Positions 31,856 through 44,312 of a stretch of 64,000 nucleotides of DNA are shown one piece after another (positions within the stretch are counted from its first letter, which is position 1; each line of letters starts with the position of its first letter). Both the position numbers and the translations under genes were made by a program. The stretch lies in the NCBI GenBank assembly GCA_000004985.1, contig GG738875.1; one strand, 5' to 3'. Origin of the DNA: Naegleria gruberi. Its lineage: Eukaryota. The notes under the pieces are model-generated. The model had not been told where the DNA came from, did no database searches, and worked only from the letters and a program-made list of their open reading frames with translations.

Positions 31856-32432
31856 TTGAGGAATGTTTACAATTTCGTCATCTTCGCTGCTATCCTTTAC
31901 AACATAGCAAGAATTTGTTCCAACTGCAGCTTGCTTACACTGGTTGATTTCAAATACTGAAGAAACAGAGGAGGAGTAGCACTCTTACAGTTTGAATTTC
32001 TCTTCATTTTGAGTTGTGGTGGTTTTTTATTTTGTTTGGTTATTGGAATGTGGACCTCGAAATAATTTGATTCAGATTTAAACAATTGAATGCTGGTGTT
32101 TATTTCGAGGTCAATACAATGAGATATTTATAATTTATCACGGTTATTATAATTTACCAATTAATTACCTTCTGCTTTTAGAAAGTAACTTGTTTTTAAT
32201 GTCAACTGATCCCAAGTTTACAATAAATATTCTCCTCATTATTTCCGGATTCTTTAACAATTTGAAAAATCGCTTGTTTAATGACTGTACAATATAGAGA
32301 AGAGAGAGAGCTATTATACAAACGTGCATTATATAAATAATACAATAGTTGAAGATTTTTCATTATTAACCACCAAAAAAAACATGTGCATTTCCTTCTT
32401 GATGAAATATTCCAACAACAACAGTAGCAGAA

Positions 32433-33368
32433 ATGACTTGTTCATCAGCAGAAACCAACGAAAATATCACAGATAATGAAACCAATGAAAAACACATTCA
32501 TTATCATTCAAATTATTACATTAGGAAAGTTAGTCACTCAGCCATAGGTTCGAATCCAACTGTCTTGGTTGACAAGAAGAACCATCAACAAGAGAATAAA
32601 GATAACGAACACATATTTATCGACTCGAGAATAAACGAAAAGGTTACAGAAATTAATGTGCAAACTATGAACCAAATAAGAAATTGTCCATCAAGTCACA
32701 AAGATACAATCACAGAATTATCAACAAGATATCAAACCCTCATCGAGACTTTGAATGTAAAAGGAACAGATTTGCAAACACTTGACGCAAAAAGGCAGTT
32801 AATAGTATTGAAATCGTATTTGGCCGTAGGCAAAACATTGAATGAAAGTCAACTGTCCTCCTGCTTGAAAGCTATCAAAAATTGTCAAGCAAATGTGAGA
32901 CCTCCCTTGCTTCTGAAGTATTACATGGTCTATTGCTGTGTAAAGAAGGTGTCAGGTATGGAGCAAGATTGCTTAATGATATCTGACATGTTAAAGGAAA
33001 TTCCTAAAAGTGCAGCAGATGAAAAAGAACTCGAGTTTTACTTTGCATTAATGGAATGGGAGTCTGACATGCATTCGATTTCCTCAGAGAGAATGTGTGA
33101 TATTTATCGTGTTTTTGACAGAACTCTTGATGAATTTATGAAGGAAGGTAGGATTGACTCAGTTCAAAGAATATCTTTCAAGTTGATCGATGTGGCTAAG
33201 AGGATCGAAAGTACCATTAAAAGAAACACTTTAAACAAAGTGAACTGTCTGAGAAGGAAACAAGTTGTGCAGGAAAATTACTATAATGCAGCTCCTGCAA
33301 ACATGCATGTTGATATTCGAGAGAGTTTGAGAGAGGTATTACAATATAATTACTTTCAAGAGGAATAA
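32433..33368 (+). CDS. Hypothetical protein (311 aa)
   Basis: ATG at 32433, TAA at 33366-33368. Contains SAIGSNPTVLVDKKN, similar to the motif in the divergently transcribed gene. Confidence 0.45.
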   Translation: MTCSSAETNENITDNETNEKHIHYHSNYYIRKVSHSAIGSNPTVLVDKKNHQQENKDNEHIFIDSRINEKVTEINVQTMNQIRNCPSSHKDTITELSTRYQTLIETLNVKGTDLQTLDAKRQLIVLKSYLAVGKTLNESQLSSCLKAIKNCQANVRPPLLLKYYMVYCCVKKVSGMEQDCLMISDMLKEIPKSAADEKELEFYFALMEWESDMHSISSERMCDIYRVFDRTLDEFMKEGRIDSVQRISFKLIDVAKRIESTIKRNTLNKVNCLRRKQVVQENYYNAAPANMHVDIRESLREVLQYNYFQEE

Positions 33369-33688
33369 ATCTGTATATACAGAGAGCCAAAGTTTCATTT
33401 CAAAACAGACAGTAAATCATACAAGGAATGAATTTGTTCACATAGGCAATAAATCACATCCAAAACAAGGTACTTTCTTATAATTTGAATTCATCTTTAA
33501 AAACTGTAACGTTCAAGTAGCCGACATGGCCTTAATTTCGCCTCCATTTCACTCCAAAATTATGCCTTAATAACTCAACGGTGGAATTTTCCTCTCACAC
33601 CAGAAAAAAATACCCATCGAACAGACCATATATCATCAACCACACCAATAATACCACAACCTGGGTGCGTTTTAAACACATTGTTATT

Positions 33689-36600
33689 TTATTGTTGCTC
33701 CAAATAGTTATCAGTGGATGGTTTCTTAATACGTAGAGTGTCTAACGAAGTGGAAGAATCATCAGGGACGAGACCGACAATAGAAGCTCCCACAGACATG
33801 AGTAATCGATTTTCAAAATCATTGAATTTTTGTTTTAACAGATAGGTCATCATTAAACCCTTTCCTTTCACTTCGACTTCTCTTGGTTCGTAATCATAGA
33901 GGTCGTGCACTCTTTCATAGGTTGAACGTGAAATTTGTATTCTTCCTGGTAAACTTGTTGATTCCATTCTTGAAGCAGTCTGTGAAATATGATTAATGAA
34001 AACTAACAACATTACACAACTTACATTTACAGCATCTCCCCACAAATCAAAAGCAAACTTTTTGGTTCCAATAACACCTGCAACAACACTGCCTGTGTGA
34101 ATACCCACACGGATATTGAGTTGATTGGAATATAAATTTCCAGTACTTTCATTGTAATCTTTCAATACCTTAAACATGTCAATGGCAAAATTAAGAGTTC
34201 TTTCAGGGTGGTCACTTTCTTTAGCGTCCAAATATAATCCTCCAGCAACAAAGTATGCATCTCCAATGGTCTTGATTTTTTCCAATTTGTAAATATCACA
34301 CAATGCGTCAAATCCATTTACAATGTAATTTAACATTTGAACAAGCTCAGTTGGAGAGCAATATGAAGATCGTGAGGTGAACCCAACCATATCACTGAAT
34401 AGACATGTAACATCATCAAATTTTTCTGAAATTGTTGTCTCTCCAGCTTTCAATCTATTAGCAACAGCCACTATTAAGGTTGTTCGAATTGACTATAAAA
34501 TTCAAACGACTTACCTGGCAAGATATTTAACAATAAATTCTCAGATTTCTTCTTTTCAATATTCAACAGCTCAACCGATTTCTTCTCTGATGTAATATCT
34601 CTAAAGATGGCTGTGAAAATCTTCTTTTGTTTCTTCTCCATCATTACCTCATTCTGCTGGACTTCAATTTGGGCAACTGAAATACTCATCACTATTGGGA
34701 AGGATTTACTTGCATCGAGAGTATTTGTCGAGATGGCATGTCCTCTCTTGGCATTCAACTCGACAACTTCTCCAGATGATTCAGATTGTTGAAGGTAGCT
34801 CAACTTTTCTTCCAACTTTTCCCTTTCATTTGTTGAAAAGAGAGAAGTTACAGGCGTACCGATTACTTCACTCGATGATTTGATACCCATCATTCTCAGT
34901 GCAGAAGTATTGATCATTTCAACAGTTCCTTGTGCATCAAATTGAATAACTCCTTCAATGGCAGTTGACAAGATTGCAGTCAAATTGTCAACTCTTTCTC
35001 TAGAATCAACTAAAAACTTCTTTTGTTTGGATCTTCTAAACATGTTTAAAGTGGAATACAACTGGTCATTCAGGATATATCGACTCACTTTCTGATTATT
35101 ATCCAAAACTTCCCAAGAGACATGATTAAACATTTGTCTCAATTGATAAATTTCTTGTTCATATCTAATAATTGAAGAGTATCCAATATAAGCGCATATT
35201 AAAAAAATGACAAAGAATATGACTGAAATTGAAATGGTTAACGAAAGATTCGACAGCTTGGAAAATGTTGTAATGAAAATTTCCAATGAAGTCTTGACTT
35301 TGTAATTGAATGAAGCGGCCATTTCCCAAGAAACCGAATGAAACTGTGGTAATAAAACCTGAGGAATGTATGTCTTTCTATAAGCCAATTGATTATATAA
35401 GTCAATATACACAATAAACAATTGTAATAATTGAGTAACCGACAAACATTCGAAATATTGTCGATTATTGGTAATTGTGTTATTTTCCAAAAACGATGAA
35501 AGGTCGGTAATGTTTCCACTATTTTGAAATCGAGAACAATTAGCTGGTAATATCAACTTGTCTATGTCATCACTCACCCCCAGAAGTGAAAAGTATCCTT
35601 TTGAACTATCCCCGTACAAGTAAGATTTCATATAGGTTTCAACTTCTCTCGAATGGGTCGTAATGTCCTTGTGAATTCTATCAATTTCACAGGAAAGTCC
35701 TCCCCACAATGGTTTCCAATCATTCATGAGAAGTAATTCTCCCAACTTGAACATGATTCTATTGAAAATTACCTTAATCTTTGAAGCTTGATACAATTTG
35801 TTTAGAGCCATATCTTGATTCTTCAGATTATTGTTTGTATCTACCAAGTATAAAATGATGGCCAATAAAGCAGTTAAGAAAATGATAATCACAAGCGAGA
35901 TGAGTGTTCTGGTTGGAGTGAAATAAGTGCCAATAGCAAGCGAGGTTCTATCAGAGTCAATGTTATGGGAAACTTTGGAGGTGGATGCCTTTTCAAGTGT
36001 GTGATAAATCTTTCCTGATTCTTCCTTTGCTAATCCAAAGAATAAGTGAGCTATACGTTGTTGTTTTTTGAAATAGTCAATTAGGACAACTAGAGTAATC
36101 AAACCAAGTATAAAGAAAACTCCAATCGATGCACCCATGACATACAAGAATAAATTCAGAATATTGCTCACCTTGTTGGATTTAGCTGTCAAGACATCAG
36201 AACAGACATTTTCTAAAGCATAGGCATTGTACTTTCTATTTTGCCAGAAAAAGAGAAACGACGGATTGTCCAATGTTTGTTTCACTTGAGTTTCTGTAAA
36301 ATCCTTTACTCTGTCAACATGAACATCCATCAATTCGACAATTTCCTTGATAGTTACATTTCTCTTTTCATAATTCATTGTTGAATTTTCATTAAAAGTT
36401 GTGGAGATTACTGGCATGAAAATTTCAGTTTCCTGACCTTCCCACAAATCCAAATAACCAGTCTTGTCAGTTTCTGACATTTGTTCCAAGAATGATTTGA
36501 GGTAACCCTTGTAAGTTTTCAATTTTTCTTGTTGAGTTTTTTTATAAGTTCTGGAAAAAGTCGAATTGTCCTTATCGAAATAGTAATGCCTTTGTAAAAG

Positions 36601-39144
36601 ACGAATTTCACATAGAATCAAGAAAGGATAAGGAGAGGTAGCACATAAATTCTGATAAGCAGAAAGTTCTGGATTGCTTCCAGAGCTGAGACTTCCTGTA
36701 AAAGAGTTTGAAATCATGACAGCAGCAATTAATCCACCAATCACAACCAACAAGCTCACCCATGGAAAGAACGAGGTAAAAATAATTGTAGTAGTCAAGT
36801 GACTCCTTCTTTGAATACTCTTAGTATAAGTATCTTGTTGTTTCTTGCTGAATTGCTCTTCATCATGTTGATTTTCAAATTCACAAATGTCATCAAATTT
36901 GATCTTTTTCTCTTCCTCCAATTGACTCATGCTTTCAGATACAATGATAGCTGGCACTACCCTAGAACGTCTCTTCTTTAAAGATCTCTCAGAGAAAGTT
37001 TCCAATATAGTTGGTTGTTTTGATTTGAGTTTTTGACTTTCTTCCTCTTCAATCACTGCTACAAGTTGAAGTATTTCCTTGCTCTTTTCCTTATCAAAGA
37101 TGAATTCTTCAACGAACATGGCATAGGGACGAAGTGCTGATTTGTTGTAGGAATGGAGAGCAACCAAACTTTCAAATTTGGATTTACAATGAGAGGTCAA
37201 TTTGGTAATTTTTCTATTAATGATGATGAGCTCATTCAAACTATTTTCATTATTAGTAATAACTACTTTCCAGAAGCTTTTGTGAAATTCTCTCAATTTG
37301 GATTGTTTCTTTGACAAATGTTGTAAAGTTTTTGAAATTGACTTTTCAGAATCAGCTGAAATATTCAAACTTGCCATAAGTTGAGTTTCAATTTCAGATC
37401 TTCTCACAGAGCCAACATATTTTTCAAATATTGATGGCTTGCACATGTACATTCTCTTGAGTAAATACAGTGCAATATTCAAATTTGTCTTGGCATGATG
37501 TTGTGTTTGATCCAATTTATGATATCTGACATAATTGACAATTGCTAAACAAATAGATGCAGAGCTGTATTCACTTTTGTGACGAATTGATCCTCTAATG
37601 ATGGCACTTATAATTCTACATTTGGTCGAAGGTGGATTATCGTTGTTCTCATCAACAATAGTTCTCTGTCGTGAATTGTATTCTGATGAACAGAATCGAA
37701 TGGCCATTTCCAAGTTTGCTTCACCAATTTCTTCTAATAAATCAGGTGTGAGAGCAATTTCACTTGTATTACCAGAATCTAATAGAGGTGAGCATATTTT
37801 CTTCACTACTTTTGTGGCTCTTCTTGTATAAATGTCCATAATTGTAACACCAACTGTTAAGAATATTAAGAAACCACCAATGGCAGCTCCCCAATAAATT
37901 ACACCATTCGTGGACAGGACATCTACTGTGTTAGTGTCAATATTTACAATTGAACATGTCAAGCTCACAATATTCTGTCCAACTATTCCAAACATGATGC
38001 CGGCCATGTAAGAATTCTCAGATCTAACATTGAATGGAACAATAATGAAAATCAAAACAGCCAATATAAGGAATAGAAAGAGTGAAAATGATGGAAACAG
38101 GTATGGAAATGATGAATAATTTGGAATCATTTGAGAGTACCAATAGAACAGCATCATGACCAAATTGACCACCGAAATGAACACTGGACTTTTCGATGAG
38201 AAGAATGAAGCTCTCCTCTTCAGCAAACCATGCCCACTCCCTGATGTTGAGTACAGTAATGAATCTGTCTCTATAACTCCGAATAGGAACAATAAGACAA
38301 TCAACACTTGTGGCCAAATGTGAATAACAGAGAGGGCAGCAAACACAGCATTCATTGGTCCCCAACATTCAACTTGTGAATAATCCCTCAAGTAGAATGT
38401 ACCTCCATCACTTCCAGAGGAATTTATCTTCTCCGTATAATCACAACTCCAAAAAGAACTGAACAAGTGAGTGATTGGCAAGTTAAGGATGAAAAGGGCA
38501 ATTACCAGGAATCGGCTTAATTGTTTAGACCTACGCTTAAATTTCACAAATCCAACCAGATATCCCTTGTATTCAATATAGGTGTGAAGTATCAGAAACC
38601 AGTGGATAACAAACACTATCACCGACAAGACAACCACAGCCACATGAGGAATAAAGTGGAATCCAAACGTGATGAGTGTTTTGAAAAAGTAGAGATTAAT
38701 GTCGTGTGCAATTTGACCCCACTGCACAAATGGAATGAATCCTAGTGCAATTAACTGCAACGGAAGTAAAATTCCATGTGTGAAGAGTGGTAACAAGTGT
38801 GGAATGATTGATTTACCCAATTGATGATGTAAAGTACTAGAATTTGAAAATTTAAAAGTTTGAATGAGGGAGGTGATTCTCTCCTCGACTCTTGGCTTGG
38901 AAGATATCAGCAAATCTGAAGAAAAGGACATTGAAGTATCGGCAAGTGATATAGTATCATCCTGTTGATAACTAGCAGTTCCAGTATTATTATTAATCAT
39001 ATTAGCATTTGATGAAGAACTATTGAAGGGAGTAAAATCATTATTTGAATCCACAAGTAATTGATTTGAAGATGAGGAGGAAACTAGTGCAGCAGTAGCA
39101 GCAGTTGCATTAGTGGTTGAGAATGAACTACTTGAACGATGCAT
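33689..39144 (-). CDS. Multi-pass membrane PAS-domain class III nucleotidyl cyclase (predicted adenylate cyclase), ~1788 aa
   Basis: Exons 39144..34515, 34470..34025, 33979..33689. Intron 1 34514..34471 (44 nt, GTAAGT...AATAG) restores LLNILP-V-AVANRLKAGE. Intron 2 34024..33980 (45 nt, GTAAGT...CACAG) restores GDAVN-TASRMES. About 12 predicted TM helices in the N-terminal 1300 aa, then a PAS-like segment (LSTAIEGVIQFDAQGTVEMINTSALRMMGI). CHD catalytic motifs: FSDMVGFT, KTIGDAYF (Lys), FDLWGDAVNTASRMES (Asp, Asn, Arg). Confidence 0.8.
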
Positions 39145-39800
39145 CGCTTTAAACTCCAATTAAGAATAGAGAGAGAAGACAACAGTAGTGTGTGACTGGG
39201 TTGTTTCTTCTCAATTTATTAAGGTTGTGTAATGTTTTTTAAAAGTGAACAAGTTTGTGTGTTTATTACGTTGATGATTCGCGTTCTGAAACTTCTTTAA
39301 GACCATTAGCACCAAAAAAGGAACAAAATGGTAAACAATAAGGAATACAAGCTTGTCGGTAAAACCCATGAAAGCGCCGACAACAACGAACGCGTTTTGA
39401 AGCATGCTTTGAAGAACAAAGAGGCGCAGAATGGAGAGGGAAAAGCTATTAAGGGAATCTGAGATGTTGAAAAATCTAGCTTTCAAAATTTCTGCTGATT
39501 ACTACGAACGGGAATACTATGGATTCAATTTCATTGTAAATTCTCAAATTTTTCCAATAAAGTTTAATCTCCATGATCAGACTCTATTTGGACCTGTACG
39601 AACTTCAGTTTATTTCAGTTTATTTCATATTATATTGGATATTGTTTCATGTTTCCTCTTAGATTCATTCTTCAACAGTTGTGGTAAATACAATCCAATC
39701 GATCTCCACTTGGAAGCACACAAGTTCATCTCTATTTGGAAGAGAGCAGGATTACAACCTGTCCGTCACTTGTCTGACACAGAAACCAAATCTCAAAAAA

Positions 39801-40085
39801 ATGTCTTTTGGTTGGAAGTTCTACCACTTTTGTTGTGCCGTCATGTCTTTCATCATATGCTTCATCCTTCCGTTCTTTATTGTGGTTTGGGAACAGTTTG
39901 TTTGTGCATTCTATAACAACAAGGCAAATGCAAAAAATACAACCACATGTTCAATATGGTCATCTGTTTCAACAAAGTGGACAATTGCAATATTTATTCT
40001 AACTCTATGTGGTTATTTACCTGGAGTGATTGCAGCTTTTATTTATGCGTTTGTGGCTGGAAGAGTATCATGGATTCCACAATAA
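39801..40085 (+). CDS. Pmp3/UPF0057-like small proteolipid (~94 aa, 2 TM)
   Basis: ATG at 39801, TAA at 40083-40085. C-terminal ILTLCGYLPGVIAAFIYAFVAG resembles the Pmp3/RCI2 signature LTILGYIPGIIHAIYVI. Confidence 0.4.
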   Translation: MSFGWKFYHFCCAVMSFIICFILPFFIVVWEQFVCAFYNNKANAKNTTTCSIWSSVSTKWTIAIFILTLCGYLPGVIAAFIYAFVAGRVSWIPQ

Positions 40086-40112
40086 AAAGTTCATATGTAA
40101 AATTGTTTGGGG

Positions 40113-40119
40113 ACAAAAA
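40113..40119 (-). terminator. Pol III T-run terminator downstream of tRNA-Ala
   Basis: TTTTT immediately 3' of the tRNA on the minus strand (plus-strand AAAAA at 40115..40119). Confidence 0.6.
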
Positions 40120-40155
40120 TGGAGTCATAGGGAATCGAACCCTAGACCTTCTGCA

Positions 40156-40186
<31 letters not shown>

Positions 40187-40192
40187 AACCCC
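40120..40192 (-). tRNA. tRNA-Ala (anticodon UGC)
   Basis: Reverse complement GGGGTTATAGCTCAGTTGGTAGAGCGTCTGCTTTGCATGCAGAAGGTCTAGGGTTCGATTCCCTATGACTCCA. G3:U70 Ala identity pair, anticodon loop TTTGCAT, T-arm GGTTCGATTCC. Confidence 0.85.
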
Positions 40193-41249
40193 CTCATGTT
40201 CGAGTTACAAAAGCAATAAGTAAACCCATGGAGTGTTGTTGGATTCGGAAAACTTTGCTCATTGCCCCTGAATTGGTATGAATGCAATAGCTTATTTGTT
40301 TAGGGAAATAGTAGTTGTATGGACTTAGTATAAAGAAATATTTTGTAAATTACGCGAAAAAGAACCTCAAAATTGAGGTTTGACCAGAGCCATTTGAAGT
40401 TGGGTGGGTTATATTAATAAACGAACCAGAAATTCATTAAAAACCTATTACGAAGATGGTGCTCAATTAATAATTAATCATTGAGCCACATTCATATGTT
40501 TTTTCTCAATTTTCAAAATTAGAAAAAATTTGATTCGGATTACTTGTGAAACGAGTTATCAATAATTTGTGTGGATTGAATCATCAGTAACATTACTATA
40601 ATTTGTAATATTATTATTATTTATTAAATATAATTGAATCAAAATAATGAGGAAATTTTCGCAAGCCTCCTCCTCTCTTTTAAAGTGGAGTTGCAAGAGC
40701 TCTAAATCCCGATTCATTCCATCATCATTCTCTCATTTAAAAACATCCAATAATAATATTAATATTATTAATAATCATGAAAGTAAGAGAAATCTCTCCA
40801 ACAATACCAACAACTCGCCTCCATCACTCTGTAAGTTTTCATCAATTAATTTTAGAAATTTGGAGAATTAAACACTTTTCCACTCAATTCCAAAAACCTA
40901 CCCACACCTCTTCAATCCAAATAATATCAAATGATGAATTTAAATTCTTCAAGACCAACCTTGCACCATCAACAATACCTCAAACAACACCCAAAATTCT
41001 ATTATTATTATTGAAAGCCTCCTTCAACAACAATTTCAGCCAACTAATTTAAAGCGCGAGACCTCTTTCGGTACTGATGCACCAACAACACTTCGAAAAA
41101 ATATTTCCAAACAACTCTTGAAGGAATACTCTCTCGCCGCTGCTAATCATCGTTCAGTGCAAGAATTATCCACTATTACTTCTAGAGGTCAAATACGTAG
41201 TTACAGTTCATCTTCATCATCATCAAAATATACAATTTGGATACCTCCA

Positions 41250-44200
41250 ATGTCTAATACAAATTATATTAATCCAGCCACAAATCAAGTGTGGACATCA
41301 AAGGAAATTCGTAAGCAATTTGTCGAATTCTTTGAAAAGAAGTATGAACATACATTCGTTCCAAGTAGTTCTGTCGTTCCACATGAAGATCCAACCTTGT
41401 TGTTCACCAATGCTGGGTAAGTTTTAAAGCTAGCACACCTATATTTATATTTCTTTACCATCTATTTACTATTGGATTACACATATTCACAATCTTGAAT
41501 TCCGGAATTGAACAAATTATTGAACAATAATATTATACAATAACTCTTCACAGTATGAATCAATTCAAGGCTATTTTCCTTGGTCAAGCTAGTCCAGACT
41601 CTAGTTTGGCTAAATTGAAGCGTGCTGCTAACTCTCAAAAGTGTATCCGTGCTGGTGGTAAACATAACGATCTCGATGATGTCGGTAAGGACACTTATCA
41701 CCACACCTTCTTTGAAATGTTAGGTAACTGGTCATTTGGTGACTATTTCAAGAGAGAAGCTATTACATGGGCTTGGGAATTGCTCACTGAGGTTTATGGA
41801 TTGGAAAAGGATAGACTCTATGTCACATATTTTGGTGGTAATGAAAAGCTCAACTTGCCAGCTGACGAAGAAGCTAAACAAATTTGGGGACAATTTGTTC
41901 CAGATGATCATATTTTGCCAGGTTCTATGAAGGATAACTTCTGGGAAATGGGTGATACTGGTCCATGTGGTCCTTGCAGTGAAATTCACTACGATCGTAT
42001 TGGTGGACGTAATGCTGCTCATCTCGTAAATATGGATGATCCAAACGTTTTGGAAATTTGGAACAATGTTTTTATGGAATTCAACAGAAAGGAAGATCAA
42101 ACATTGGAATATTTGCCAGCCAAGCACGTCGATACTGGTATGGGTCTCGAAAGATTAGTTTCCATCTTGCAAAACAAGATGAGTAACTATGATACCGATG
42201 TTTTCATGCCAATCTTTGAAGCTATTCAAAAGGAAACTGGTTCTCGTCCATACACTGGTAAATTGGGTGCTGAAGATGTTGACCACATTGATACTGCTTA
42301 TCGTGTCATTGCTGATCACATTCGTACCCTCGTTATTGCTCTCTCCGATGGTGGTTATCCAGACAATACTGGTAGAGGATATGTTCTTCGTCGTATTGTT
42401 CGTCGTGCTGTCAGATTTGGTGAATTTATGAATGCCAAGAAGGGTTTCCTTACTCGTTTGGCTTCTTGTGTCGTTGAACTTATGGGTGATTTCTTCCCAG
42501 AATTGAAGAAGAATTCTGAAAAGGTTGAAGAACTCATTCAAAGTGAAGAAGTTTTGTTCGCCAAGACTCTCCGTGTTGGTTTGAAATTCTTTAACAGAAT
42601 TGCTGAAAAGATGAAGAGCAATGGTGAAAGTGTTGTTTCTGGTCCTGATGCTTTCAAGTTATATGCTACCTATGGTTTCCCAGTTGACTTGACTTTAATT
42701 ATGGCTCAAGAACAAGGTATGACTGTCGATATGGTTGAATACAAGAAGGAAATGGAAAAGCACGCTACTGCTTCTCAAGGTACTAAGCAAGAAGCTACTG
42801 ACATGAAGCTTGGTGTTATTGAAACTGACAAGTTACAAAATGAACTTAAGATTGAACCAACTCAAGATGATATCAAATATGTTTGGGAAAATATTCAAGC
42901 TAAGGTTGTTGCTATCTTTAGTGAATCTAGCGGATTTGTTGAAGAATTGAACACTGAATGTGAAGAAGTCAATATTGGTATTATTTTGGATCAAACCAAC
43001 TTTTATGCTGAAGGAGGTGGTCAAGCTCCAGATAATGGTGTTTTGAGAATTGGTGAAACTGAATTGAAGGTTGTCAATGTTCAAAAGTTTGCTGGTTATA
43101 TTTTACATATTGTTAACGTTTCTGAATCCAAGCTTGCTGGTAACGTTACTGTTGGTACTACTGTTTCTTCAGAAGTTAACTATGAAAGAAGAGAACCAAT
43201 CGCTGCTAACCACACCTCTACTCACATGCTCAACTTTGCTTTGAGAAAGGTTTTGGGTACTGACTGTGACCAACAAGGTTCCATTGTTAAGGAAGAAGAA
43301 TTGTGCTTTGACTTCTCTGCTGCTAAGGCTCCATCTGTTGAACAAGTTGCTGAAGTTGAAAAGATTGTTAATGATCTCATTGTTGCTGATCATCCAGTCT
43401 TCTCTAAGGTTCAAGAACGTGATGCTGCTTATGAAATTAATGGTCTCAGAGCCATGTTCAGTGCTAACTATGGCGAACAAGTTCGTGTTGTTTCCATCGG
43501 TCAAGACAGTGATAGCATCATGACTGATAGATCAAATGAAAAGTGGCGTTTGATTTCAGTTGAATTCTGTGGTGGTACTCACTTGAAGCAAACCAGTCAA
43601 GCTCAAACCTTTGTCATTCTCTCTGAAAAGAGTATTTCAACTGGTAAGAGACGTATTGTTGCTTTGACTAGAAAGGCTGCTAAGGAAGCTGTTGAAAGAG
43701 CTCAAAAGTTCTCTGTCAAGATTGACGAATTAGAAAAACTCTCAGACGAATTGTTCTGTCCTCGTTACTATGAACTCACTTCTGAACTTACTTTGCTCAC
43801 TGATATTCCATTGCTTTCCAAGAAGGCTTTCGAAAAGAGATTGGAAGCATGCCAAACTAAGGTTCGTAAGATCCAACAATCTCAAAAGAAGGATGATGCT
43901 GAAAAGGCCAATCAACTCATTTCTCAACTCAAGGAGTCTATTGAACAAAAGTCATTGAAGTCCCTTGTCTACCAATTGGAAGATGGTTCTGATCAAAAGT
44001 TCGTCAAGAAGGTTATTGATGCTTTGACCACCATTCCAGTTTGTCTCATTTCTAAGGCTGATGATAAGACTATCATTGTCCTTGCCAGCGTTCCACAAGA
44101 ACAAACTGCTACTTTGTCTGCTAATACTTGGGTTACTGAAGTTTGTAAGGTTGTTTCTGGTAAGGGTGGTGGTAAGCCAATCTTTGCTCAAGGACGTGGT

Positions 44201-44260
44201 TCTGATGTCTCAAAGGTTGCTGAAGCTGTCAAGTTGGCTGAAGAAATGGCTAAATTCTAA
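41250..44260 (+). CDS. alaS: Alanyl-tRNA synthetase (class II), 2 exons, ~957 aa
   Basis: Exon 1 41250..41416 (ATG at [28 protein letters not shown]). Intron 41417..41553 (GTAAGT...CACAG, 137 nt). Exon 2 41554..44260 (TAA). Junction gives the canonical ...[15 protein letters not shown]. Frame stays open upstream to ~41076 with an R/S-rich presequence-like stretch but no in-frame ATG. Confidence 0.9.
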
Positions 44261-44312
44261 ATTGTATTAATTTTGTAAAAATTTGATAAATTATTTTATT
44301 CTAGAAACTTAA

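Noticed and set aside
34607-38745. Several 60-114-aa ORFs antisense or in alternative frames inside the cyclase gene
   Set aside because: They are embedded in a long conserved CDS on the other strand.
39431-39916. 161-aa plus-strand ORF upstream of the Pmp3-like gene
   Set aside because: No conserved features. It overlaps the better-supported 39801..40085 ORF in another frame and contains a simple direct repeat (TCAGTTTATTTCAGTTTATTTCA).
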